Shown in pieces: positions 8,852-17,145 of a stretch of DNA of 62,604 nt (its first letter is position 1; each line of letters opens with the position of its first letter). The position numbers were made by a program, and so were the translations under genes. Origin of the DNA: a bacterium (GTDB lineage Bacteria > Patescibacteriota > Minisyncoccia > Phycocordibacterales > SBAW01); NCBI GenBank assembly GCA_037139975.1, contig JBAXFJ010000003.1:1-62604 (forward strand). The letters run 5' to 3'. The notes under the pieces are model-generated. The model was not told where the DNA came from. It was given only the letters and a program-made list of their open reading frames with translations, and did not search any database.

Positions 8852-10378
8852 TTAGGACAATGACAATGACAGCGCAGCGATGAACACGTCGCCGAGCGCC
8901 TCTATTTCTTGTGCGGTCTCGGTCCCAACACTCACGCGCACAAACGCGTCTTTTTCTGTCGCAGTCCGCCCCGGGACATACACCCGCGTGGTGGTAAAGC
9001 CAAACCCCGTTCCCCCAACAAGCGGCACGTCACGCTTTTTTGCCTCGGCAAACACGCGTGCCACAAACGCATCATACTGAGCAAAGGTTTGTTTCCCCGG
9101 ACGAAACGCAATCACAAAAAAACCACCGCAAAACGGCAGGTCTTTTGCCCATGCGTACGAAGGATGGGACGGGAGGCCGGGATACACAATGTGCGACGCG
9201 GGCCCCGAGCCGCTCTTAAGCGCGCGGTCGAGCCGCTCTGCAAGACGCTGCGCATTGCGTCCAATCCGCAGCAGGCGCGTTTCAAACAATGCACGGTTGG
9301 GTTTGTGCAGCGCGTGCAGTGATGTGTCTGGCAGGTTGGTGCCCATATGTATCCGCGCATGCCCCAGCTCTTGTATCGAAAGACCCGCAGGCGTCCACAG
9401 AATGCCACCGTTTGCGCGGTCAAAACCAAACTGGTGATATTTCGAAAGGCTTTCAACCACAATGAGCCGCATATGCAGCCCAACTGGCAAAAAACGCAGC
9501 GGCTGCGCGAACACTCCCAGGGTGGTATTGTCAAGCACGAGCGTTGCGTGACGAGAAAGCACGTGCGCAAGTGCGGGAATCAATTCTTTGAGATGTGCCA
9601 TGGGCAGCTCGCCCGAATTCCCTATCGAATCAAACACGACAATAGACGGCTGCTGTTCCCGCGCAAAGGCAACAATGCCTTCAGTGTCAAGCTCGTCAAT
9701 ATACACGACCTGACCCGGGAACAAATGCTCGAGTATCCATTTTGTTTGAAAATAGGTGGATCGCCCCACAAGAATACGGTCGCTTTCTTTGACCCCGAGG
9801 CGCAGGTGACCAAGCACGGTGGTTATGGCCGCCATGCAACTGCTGGTCGGAAACGCCACCGGCGCCAGACGCGGGCCCTGGTCAACATAGGCAGCCACAA
9901 ACTCTTGCGCATACGCCCGTTCGTCTGGATACATGTCGCGCTTATAGTCGTTTGCGCCAACCTGGACCGTGCCTGTTTTGCTCCCCGCTTCAGAAAAAAC
10001 AGAATGCAAAAAAGACGGCGATTGCCATTCGCCTGCCGACAGCACAGATGCAAGCTCGCTTTGTAATGTGCGTGCCACATCAGAGAGTGCTTTTTTGTGT
10101 GCGAGCGCCTCTGTCAAAGCAGTGTCACTGTCGCCACCTGAACTCGCCATGCGCTGTACGTCCTCATTGATAGCCGCAAGAATCTTCTGGAACTTTTTTT
10201 CGAGCTCACCCGCAGATGTTTCTAGCTGCTCAAAAGTTTGTGGTTGATACTGCTGGCGCATGCGCTCAAGACCTGCCTGATGTGCCTGCACGCGCGCCAG
10301 CCCGCTCTTCACCAGCGCATGGAGCTCGGCAAAGTCGGCCACTAAGTCGCCCCGAGTCTCTTCATCCATGACGCCCAT
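8852..10378 (-). CDS. PLP-dependent Cys/Met-metabolism family enzyme with a long helical N-terminal extension
   Basis: ESLSKYHQFG (S-x-x-K PLP-lysine motif) and a fold-type I pattern. ATG at 10378 is preferred over the longer ORF start. Confidence 0.7.
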   Translation of the reverse strand: MGVMDEETRGDLVADFAELHALVKSGLARVQAHQAGLERMRQQYQPQTFEQLETSAGELEKKFQKILAAINEDVQRMASSGGDSDTALTEALAHKKALSDVARTLQSELASVLSAGEWQSPSFLHSVFSEAGSKTGTVQVGANDYKRDMYPDERAYAQEFVAAYVDQGPRLAPVAFPTSSCMAAITTVLGHLRLGVKESDRILVGRSTYFQTKWILEHLFPGQVVYIDELDTEGIVAFAREQQPSIVVFDSIGNSGELPMAHLKELIPALAHVLSRHATLVLDNTTLGVFAQPLRFLPVGLHMRLIVVESLSKYHQFGFDRANGGILWTPAGLSIQELGHARIHMGTNLPDTSLHALHKPNRALFETRLLRIGRNAQRLAERLDRALKSGSGPASHIVYPGLPSHPSYAWAKDLPFCGGFFVIAFRPGKQTFAQYDAFVARVFAEAKKRDVPLVGGTGFGFTTTRVYVPGRTATEKDAFVRVSVGTETAQEIEALGDVFIAALSLSLS

Positions 10379-10411
10379 TTTAGCACGCAGCCCTTGTGTT
10401 ACAATGCTGAA

Positions 10412-11269
10412 ATGTTTGGCATGTCCCGTTTGCGCTTGGCACAAAAACTGCCAGCACCACCCGCGTGTGACATACAAGGGCGCACAGCGGGAAACACGCT
10501 GCTCATAACTGCCGGCATGGACGGAGACGAATACGCGGGCATCGAAGCCGCGCACCTACTGATAGAAAAATATCGCTCTGGTAATTTTAACGGCAGGCTA
10601 GTGGTCGTGCCCATCATCAACCTCGCCGGGTTCGAAAACAAAAGCTCACACAACCCCACAGACGGGAAATTGCCTAAAAACATCTTCCCCGGCCGCGCGC
10701 GCGGCAGTGCCAGCGAGCAGCTCGTGCACTGGCTTGTTGCCACCCACGTGTCTGCTGCAGATGCGTGGCTCGACCTGCACGGCGGCGCACTGACCGAATC
10801 ACTCACCCCATTTTTGTGGACATATCAAACAGGTGTCAAATCGGTAGACGCACGCACCGAGAAGTTTTACAAAGCCTCAGGTGCCGAAATAGTGCTACTT
10901 CAAAAAGCGGGCATGTTTACAAAAGCGCGCGCACTCGCCAAAAGAAAGCGGCCGTGCACCTATGTGATGGCCGAGTCGGGCGAACGCGGCGAGAGAAAAC
11001 AAGAAGATATTGAGCGGCATATACACTGGGCAGAAGTGCTCATGCGCCAGCTGGGCATGTTGCCCGCCACAGACCACACACAACAACCAAACGAATTACC
11101 GGGAGAATCACTAAGAGAGTTACCCAAAAAAGCTCAACTCGTTTTGCGCAATATACAATACGGGTACACCAGCGAGCGCATGGCACATGACAGCCTGCGT
11201 GGCATTATTTTGTGGCACAAAGAAAAGAGCGAGCGAAAAGACGACATTCTGTATGGCATCGGATATTAA
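10412..11269 (+). CDS. succinylglutamate desuccinylase/aspartoacylase (AstE/AspA, M14-like) family protein
   Basis: LLITAGMDGDEYAGIEA...VVVPIINLAGF...LDLHGG. The start is ambiguous (10394 TTG, 10412 or 10421 ATG). Confidence 0.6.
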   Translation: MFGMSRLRLAQKLPAPPACDIQGRTAGNTLLITAGMDGDEYAGIEAAHLLIEKYRSGNFNGRLVVVPIINLAGFENKSSHNPTDGKLPKNIFPGRARGSASEQLVHWLVATHVSAADAWLDLHGGALTESLTPFLWTYQTGVKSVDARTEKFYKASGAEIVLLQKAGMFTKARALAKRKRPCTYVMAESGERGERKQEDIERHIHWAEVLMRQLGMLPATDHTQQPNELPGESLRELPKKAQLVLRNIQYGYTSERMAHDSLRGIILWHKEKSERKDDILYGIGY

Positions 11270-12161
11270 ACACACCACACAAAAAAAAGACGTGTCGTGC
11301 CTGTGGGGCGCGTGCGAGGCAACGCTGCCTGCCGGGTTTGTGCCGCGTTACCTGTGGCCCGAATATATGCCCGAGTGCGACATCGACGTGTTTCTGCGCC
11401 CACAGGTAGTGCCAGGTGTGCAGGGCGCGATGCGCTGGGGGCGTTGGCCAGTCTATTTTGAACAATACCTGGGCGACGCCGAACCAGAGCCAAACCACCC
11501 CACCCACAACCCCGATGCCCCAGCGCGCATCGTGCGGTGGATACGGCTCGACCGCACCGACATTCCGCCAGGGTGGAAACAATGGTCGGATAATCCCTAC
11601 CAGATGGAAGGGTTTGTCGACATCTCAGGCAGAAGCGACTTTGTCCCACACTGGTCACGGTCGGTGCGCACCATGTATCGCCACTGGGAACAACTCGAAG
11701 CGAGCGGCGACTACACACTAGTGCCGCTCACCTATGAAGCATTTGCTGCTGGCTACAAAAAAAGCTCGGTCGCCAAACGCACCATGGGCGCAAGCCTTGA
11801 CTCGACCACAGAAAAAATACGCAGAGGTTCAAAGCATGTGCGCCTGTGGGGCGTGTTGCATGCGGGCAAGGTCATTGCGGGCATGTCGGCGCTCGATTCC
11901 CCCACCTGCAGTTCGTCGTACTACATTGCAGGGTTCATCCAGCCCGAGGCCGAAGAAGTCCCCGCGATGATCGGCTTGATGCACCATTGGCACACAAGCT
12001 CTGCACAAGAAGGCATCGCTCATCTGCACTTTGGGCTGTTTTGGCACCCGGGGCAGCCGCGAGCGTGGAAAGGCTTTTCAGCATTCAAGCGTAAATTTGG
12101 GCTCACCTATGTCGCCTATCAACCAGCGCTCTACAAATTCATGGGTAAAAATAAAATATAA
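11253..12161 (+). CDS. FemAB/BioF2-like GNAT-fold acyltransferase family protein
   Basis: C-terminal pattern YYIAGF...GIAHLHFG...WKGFSAFKRKFG resembles the FemAB/Acetyltransf_6 families. Confidence 0.45.
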   Translation: MASDIKHTTQKKDVSCLWGACEATLPAGFVPRYLWPEYMPECDIDVFLRPQVVPGVQGAMRWGRWPVYFEQYLGDAEPEPNHPTHNPDAPARIVRWIRLDRTDIPPGWKQWSDNPYQMEGFVDISGRSDFVPHWSRSVRTMYRHWEQLEASGDYTLVPLTYEAFAAGYKKSSVAKRTMGASLDSTTEKIRRGSKHVRLWGVLHAGKVIAGMSALDSPTCSSSYYIAGFIQPEAEEVPAMIGLMHHWHTSSAQEGIAHLHFGLFWHPGQPRAWKGFSAFKRKFGLTYVAYQPALYKFMGKNKI

Positions 12162-12179
12162 TAAAAATATAAACCTGTT

Positions 12180-12872
12180 ATGAATCTACTGCGAACCTAT
12201 GACGAATATCCCTCAGAAAAAAACGGCACTGTGTTTGTGTGGCGCACCTTCCCCTGGAGTCACTGGCAACTCGGCGCAAGCGGCTATGGTCAGACCACCG
12301 ACTATACCAACGCCATGTGGCTCGAAGTTACAAGAGACATCGCACGTATGAAAGAGAAAGCTGACGAACGCCTGGCGCGCGTCTTCATCGGCGGGCTCGG
12401 TGGCGCAGGGCACCTGCCTATTCTGAAAAAATTCTTCCCCAACTGCCACATCGAGGTGGCCGAGCATGACCCCGTGATAATTAACGTAGTTGAGAAATAT
12501 AACCTGTGTCCGCAAGCAAAAAATACAGATAAAGATACAAGCATCAAATCAAGTACAAAAAAAGATATAGAAATAATAGAGGGTGATATGTTCGAAGTAT
12601 TGGGGAACCAAGTAGCGCTGGGAAAAAAATATGACCTATTGTGCATCGACATCTTTACCGGCGAGTATCCATCGAACGCGACAGTGCGACAAGACTCGGT
12701 GGCGTTGGCCCGCTCGGCGCTCGCGCCAGAGGGCATCTTGGTTGCAAACGTCTTCAAAAATGCAGAATACCTCGACCCGCTTGCCACAGCCTTCAAGCAT
12801 CACAAAAAAGTCGTCTTTCGCGCCAACACGTTGGGGATATTTTGGGACCATGAACTGGAACGTCGTACGTAG
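12180..12872 (+). CDS. spermidine synthase-like class I methyltransferase-fold protein
   Basis: FIGGLGGAGHLP...IEVAEHDPVII...DLLCIDIF. Confidence 0.65.
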   Translation: MNLLRTYDEYPSEKNGTVFVWRTFPWSHWQLGASGYGQTTDYTNAMWLEVTRDIARMKEKADERLARVFIGGLGGAGHLPILKKFFPNCHIEVAEHDPVIINVVEKYNLCPQAKNTDKDTSIKSSTKKDIEIIEGDMFEVLGNQVALGKKYDLLCIDIFTGEYPSNATVRQDSVALARSALAPEGILVANVFKNAEYLDPLATAFKHHKKVVFRANTLGIFWDHELERRT

Positions 12873-12890
12873 TGCTGGGAGGGAGACTTG
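12870..12890 (-). repeat. 21-bp duplicate of the tRNA-Leu(TAG) 3' end (att-like or decayed tRNA fragment)
   Basis: tagtgctgggagggagacttg is identical at 12870-12890 and 13000-13020. The first copy overlaps the stop of the 12180-12872 gene. Confidence 0.85.
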
Positions 12891-13002
12891 GTCACGAATA
12901 ATCCTGCTGCAGCAGGATTTTCTCGACCCCGACTCGCAGTTTTTCTTGCTAGAAAAACATAGCTCCGCCTTTCAACTCTCCGCAGAATTACTGCGTAATT
13001 AG

Positions 13003-13084
13003 TGCTGGGAGGGAGACTTGAACTCCCACGGGTTGCCCCACTAGTTCCTAAGACTAGCGCGTATACCAATTCCGCCATCCCAGC
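13003..13084 (-). tRNA. tRNA-Leu (anticodon TAG)
   Basis: Minus-strand acceptor gctggga/tcccagc, anticodon arm ctagt-cTTAGga-actag, long variable arm, T-loop gggagttcaagtctccc. Confidence 0.9.
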
Positions 13085-13218
13085 ATTTTATTTTCAACTG
13101 ATTGAACTTATCGTCACAGATAATTTTCTGCTGAAAATTTCCGCGACCCCGTCTCGGCGCCGATGCGCCTCCGACCCGGCCACGCTAAAAACTATGCCCT
13201 TGCATACTTTTTATCGTG

Positions 13219-13291
13219 TCCGCCCACCAGGGCTCGAACCTGGGACCGTCTCCTTAAGAGGGAGCTGCTCTACCAACTGAGCTATAGGCGG
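13219..13291 (-). tRNA. tRNA-Lys (anticodon CTT)
   Basis: D-arm tagctcagttggtagagc, anticodon loop ctCTTaa, T-arm ccaggttcgagccctgg. Acceptor ccgccta/tgggcgg implies C1:G72. Confidence 0.8.
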
Positions 13292-13428
13292 GTTTGGTGA
13301 TTATACACAAAAACCTATGTTTTTTCTACTTTCCCTTGCATATTAAACACTCGCCATGCTATACTTCAAACCTAAACGGCTTCGGCCTCGGCTGCGCGAA
13401 AGCGTAGTCAGACAACAACAAAAATCGG

Positions 13429-13869
13429 TTATAAGCTGCAAAGGTTTATAACCGTTTTTTGTATTTCCATATAGTTTACTTCATCAATAACTCCAATTTT
13501 ATCAATAAGTCTCTTGGCATCAGTGAGTCGCAGTTGAGACACAATCGCGACTCGATCAACGCCATCTCCTAAACGCACTGATGCGTAAAACTTTGTGGTC
13601 TTTACTTTTGTAGACAGAGGCAATGCCCAAAACACTTCTTTGTTAAATTTCTTGAATATGAGCACCGGCCGAGCAAACGCCTGGCCTTTGCCATCCTGTT
13701 CAAAACCAACATTACTGCCTACCGAGCACCACCAAACCTCTCTTTCGTGAAAGAATACTCGCGTGTCATCATTATGTTCAATTTCAGATTTTTTTGTGTG
13801 CCATTTTGTATAATCCTTTTTCATGCCTTTAGTATACCTTGTTTCTAATAAAAACTTGACATAAACCAT
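13429..13869 (-). CDS. PemK/MazF-family type II toxin-like protein (no antitoxin ORF seen)
   Basis: REVWWCSVGSNVGFEQDGKGQAFARPVLIFKKFNKEVFWALPLSTK...VSQLRLTDAKRL matches the PemK/MazF-like family pattern. An alternative ATG lies at 13824. Confidence 0.65.
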   Translation of the reverse strand: MVYVKFLLETRYTKGMKKDYTKWHTKKSEIEHNDDTRVFFHEREVWWCSVGSNVGFEQDGKGQAFARPVLIFKKFNKEVFWALPLSTKVKTTKFYASVRLGDGVDRVAIVSQLRLTDAKRLIDKIGVIDEVNYMEIQKTVINLCSL

Positions 13870-13968
13870 TTTTCATGTATTATGTGCGGTGGAACAAGAT
13901 TCCGCGGCATCCTGCCGCAATCAACCCTGGTTCTTTGAAAAGGACCGTAAACAAGGAAGGACTAGCCC

Positions 13969-14973
13969 ATGTCTGGAACGACAACCGCCCCGACCACCAC
14001 ACCGCTGCGCAAGGGGTTGCGCATTGACATCGCGCAACCGCAAGACAGCGACATTATCGATCGTGATCGCGCTCTGCGTTGGTTGGTTTTTGGCACCACC
14101 ATGATACTCGCTTTTCTGACACCTCCTCTGCTCCTGTATTACTGGTTCTCACACATCGGACCCAGCGTCGCATGGTTTGGTGCATTTGTGGGAATCGTTG
14201 TCGGTGCAACAGTGAGTGTTTTTACATCGTGGCGTCTGGTTGTATCAAACGAGGAGTGGATGGCTTACGCAACACTCAACCCATTCACGGGCAAACGCGT
14301 CCTCTATGGACCCGGTATGCACATATCGCTTCCATGGGAGGAACGGAACGCTTCAGGGGAAATTTCCTTGAAAGCCATTTCCGTCCCGTTCACGGTTGCG
14401 GTACCAACAAAAACTTCGAATATTATCTCGAAGGGCCTGCTGGACTACCAAGTTGATCTCGGAAATCTCGGGAGCTACATTGGGGTGGATGAATCAACTA
14501 TACAAAGAGGCTTCCTTGCCTATGTGAGCAGCTTCCTCACAAGTCAAATCTCAAATGGAACTATGGAGGAAGCACGAGGAAGGGTGGATGAGATAAACGA
14601 CGCCCTTGCCGACGAGTTTATGGGTGTCGCAATCCCAGCAACGAGCGTAGGCGCGTCAAGCTCGTCTGTGACCGAATTCGAACGAAAGTTTGGTATTCGG
14701 GTGGTCAGCATTTTCATCAGCCAAATGGAACTGCCGCCAGAAGTGCAGAGAGCGCGCGATGGACAGGATGAAGCAGTGCGAATCAGTATGATATGTGCTG
14801 ACCTGATGGGGCTTACGAAAGCTCAGTTCGATGCAAAAGTTTTTGATGGCAGCATAACCCCAACTGACTTTGCCGACGTGCAAAGACGAGCAATGGTCAT
14901 AACAGGCAATGCAACGGCTCATTATGATCGTATCGACGGCAACGCCAGCGCAATCGTTATGCGGCCCACCTGA
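13969..14973 (+). CDS. SPFH/band-7 domain membrane protein
   Basis: TM helices, then VVSNEEW...YGPGMHISLPWE...LDYQVDL, typical of stomatin/prohibitin-like folds. Confidence 0.6.
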   Translation: MSGTTTAPTTTPLRKGLRIDIAQPQDSDIIDRDRALRWLVFGTTMILAFLTPPLLLYYWFSHIGPSVAWFGAFVGIVVGATVSVFTSWRLVVSNEEWMAYATLNPFTGKRVLYGPGMHISLPWEERNASGEISLKAISVPFTVAVPTKTSNIISKGLLDYQVDLGNLGSYIGVDESTIQRGFLAYVSSFLTSQISNGTMEEARGRVDEINDALADEFMGVAIPATSVGASSSSVTEFERKFGIRVVSIFISQMELPPEVQRARDGQDEAVRISMICADLMGLTKAQFDAKVFDGSITPTDFADVQRRAMVITGNATAHYDRIDGNASAIVMRPT

Positions 14974-14998
14974 AAACTCAAACAGAAAGGAGCCATCA

Positions 14999-15457
14999 AT
15001 GGCAATAGCACCCGTAAGCTCACACTCGCGGACAAGCTTCAAAGCTTGGAGCATAAGGGTGGGTGTTATCGGGACAGGTGTCGCTCTCGCAGCACTTGTC
15101 ACTTACTTGATCGCAAGACCGAGCAGCGACCAAAAATCTGCTGGCGTCCAAAACCAGCAGAACACCTACAATCCACAGCAACAACAGGCGGTCCCCACTA
15201 ACACCTCCCAAAAATGCCCTGGAGAACTTCAGGTTGTCGAGGTCAGTGCCATCAAAGTGGTAATCAACCCCGGCAAACGATGTGTCGTAAAGTTTGGTGT
15301 TGAAGCTGGAGGTAGTCGAGTTGAACTGCTCGACACCAACGACTCTGTGATCATGACGGTGGGACCAGAACCCACAAACACCAACCGATTCTTCGAAGCG
15401 ATACGAGCTGTAAGTGGCGGAAAAGCAACTTTCCACTACAAACTAACAAGTTCGTAA
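14999..15457 (+). CDS. membrane-anchored hypothetical protein with a beta-rich C-terminal domain
   Basis: ATG at 14999 is preceded by aaaggag. One TM helix, a Q/N-rich linker and a beta-like C-terminus. An intrinsic terminator follows. Confidence 0.55.
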   Translation: MAIAPVSSHSRTSFKAWSIRVGVIGTGVALAALVTYLIARPSSDQKSAGVQNQQNTYNPQQQQAVPTNTSQKCPGELQVVEVSAIKVVINPGKRCVVKFGVEAGGSRVELLDTNDSVIMTVGPEPTNTNRFFEAIRAVSGGKATFHYKLTSS

Positions 15458-15470
15458 CGTTTCAAACTAA

Positions 15471-15506
15471 AGCGGCGACCCACAAGGTCGCCGCTCTTTC
15501 TTTTTC
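15471..15506 (+). terminator. intrinsic terminator
   Basis: agcggcgacc-cacaa-ggtcgccgct followed by ctttctttttcc. Confidence 0.7.
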
Positions 15507-15552
15507 CTATTTTATTTTCTTTTTTTACACCTACACCCCCTCTTTTTTTCAC

Positions 15553-15834
15553 TCACCCCAAGCTCGCAACAGTTTTGACAAGAACGTTGAAAATTGCAAA
15601 TGCAAAGAGGAGAATGAACATCCCGACCATGCCCCACAACATATGCTGCTTGCCCTCACCTGTCCCCTTTTCACCTTTGTTGAGGCTGATCAGGAATTGC
15701 ACGATGCCCCACGAGAAGATGAGTAGAGCGACCCCCGAAAGCAGCAAAAGTGCCGGATTAATGATGTTGTTTACCAACGCGCCAACGATGGTGCAGTAAC
15801 TCGCACCAGATGGGCAATATTCCAAGAGGTACAT
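15553..15834 (-). CDS. small two-TM membrane protein, TrbC/VirB2-like (T4SS-pilin-like) paralog 1
   Basis: 93 aa with two hydrophobic helices separated by the basic/Gly loop NKGEKGTGEGKQH. It shares this layout with the next three ORFs. Confidence 0.55.
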   Translation of the reverse strand: MYLLEYCPSGASYCTIVGALVNNIINPALLLLSGVALLIFSWGIVQFLISLNKGEKGTGEGKQHMLWGMVGMFILLFAFAIFNVLVKTVASLG

Positions 15835-15869
15835 GTGTGTGCTGCGTTGACCAAATATTTACCTAATAC

Positions 15870-16205
15870 TTATTGGAAGTGCGGTGCGGAAAGAGGTGTG
15901 GGTGTTGCATTGATCCCCAGTGCTTGCTGCGCAAAGATAACAATACCCCAGATTGAAATCATGATGAATAGTGAGATGATGCCTGCAATCATAGTGTCTT
16001 TGCCTGCTTTAATATCAGGGTGTCGGATGTATGAAACAAGACCCCAGAAGAAGTATACGAGAGCAAGACCAACGAGGATGGGGATGAGGTAGTTGATGAT
16101 GACGGCAATCTGCTGAATGAGCGCTATGATATTTTCGAGCGGTGCGGCAAACGCCACGAATGGAAGAGCAAAAAGTGAAGACGCGATGAGTGCTATTTTT
16201 TTCAT
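15870..16205 (-). CDS. small membrane protein, T4SS-pilin-like paralog 2
   Basis: Signal peptide MKKIALIASSLFALPFVAFA, then two TM helices with a short charged loop. Confidence 0.6.
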   Translation of the reverse strand: MKKIALIASSLFALPFVAFAAPLENIIALIQQIAVIINYLIPILVGLALVYFFWGLVSYIRHPDIKAGKDTMIAGIISLFIMISIWGIVIFAQQALGINATPTPLSAPHFQ

Positions 16206-16326
16206 AAAATTATTATTGTTTATATGCCCCTAAGTGTAACGAACCTCCCCCCATCCGACAAGCACCCACGACACAGCCCTGTGGATAGCGCACGGCCCAA
16301 AATCAAGTTCCCGCGCCGCCAGTGGC

Positions 16327-16665
16327 TCATGAATTGGGACACCCGCCGCTCTGTGCAAAGAGACTCCCACAAAAGAAGTTGAGAATACCCCCGAGTGAAA
16401 AGAAAATAAACAGAGCAATGATGCCCCACTGCATCAGCTTATATCCCTGGCTATGCGCGTGGGTGTCGCCCGACTTCCTGACAAACTGCGCAACGCCATA
16501 GAAGAATACAACAATAGCGACCCCTCCCATCAGCCACACGAGCAAATTGATCACGTTCATGAGCCCCGCAACCAGTGAGGTGAAGGTGGCGCTGGTGGTT
16601 TTTGAAAGTATGGGTGAAAGAGCTGCAGCGGCTGGCGCAAGCGTTGATGTAAATGGTGTAAACAT
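16327..16665 (-). CDS. small membrane protein, T4SS-pilin-like paralog 3
   Basis: Same helix-loop-helix layout (..VFFYGVAQFVRKSGDTHAHSQGYKLMQWGIIALFIFF..). Confidence 0.6.
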   Translation of the reverse strand: MFTPFTSTLAPAAAALSPILSKTTSATFTSLVAGLMNVINLLVWLMGGVAIVVFFYGVAQFVRKSGDTHAHSQGYKLMQWGIIALFIFFSLGGILNFFCGSLFAQSGGCPNS

Positions 16666-16683
16666 AGTGGTTGGTACTATCTC

Positions 16684-17133
16684 CTAGCTGCACGAACCGC
16701 TCGTGTTGACGGTCCCCGGGGCAACGGTGTTGATGGTGTTGGCGACCACCTGCCCGAGGAGCCACGCGCCCAGGAAGATGCAGATGCCGAGGATGACGTG
16801 GGTGATATTGCGCTTGGCGGTCCCCAGCTTGGTTGGGTTGCCACGCGCCAGCACAAACATGAAGCCTGCATAGACAAGAAAGAGGACGGCCACCGGCGTG
16901 CCCAGCGCCAGGAAAATCGAGAGGATTTGTTTAACTAAACCACAAATAGTGTTGATTTTGAGAGGGTTTTGAAAACAAAATCCAGAGGTACACCCTGCAC
17001 TACTATTAAGACTACCTGAAACACTATTCAAACCTCCAGCGTTACTGTTTAACTGTGCAAAAGAAACAAGCGGCAAGAAGAGAAAGACGAGGGCAAAAGT
17101 GGTAAAGAGTTTTTTTATGCGAATACGTGTCAT
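16684..17133 (-). CDS. small membrane protein, T4SS-pilin-like paralog 4
   Basis: Signal peptide, an N/S/G-rich segment, then two TM helices (..LFLVYAGFMFVLARGNPTKLGTAKRNITHVILGICIFL..). Confidence 0.6.
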   Translation of the reverse strand: MTRIRIKKLFTTFALVFLFLPLVSFAQLNSNAGGLNSVSGSLNSSAGCTSGFCFQNPLKINTICGLVKQILSIFLALGTPVAVLFLVYAGFMFVLARGNPTKLGTAKRNITHVILGICIFLGAWLLGQVVANTINTVAPGTVNTSGSCS

Positions 17134-17145
17134 TTATTTTTTATT

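Noticed and set aside
8611-8855. ORFs 8611-8835 (minus) and 8655-8855 (plus). Likewise 12800-13078 (minus) and 13002-13280 (plus).
   Set aside because: They overlap clearly folded tRNA genes (Cys, Leu, Leu, Lys), so the open frames are incidental.
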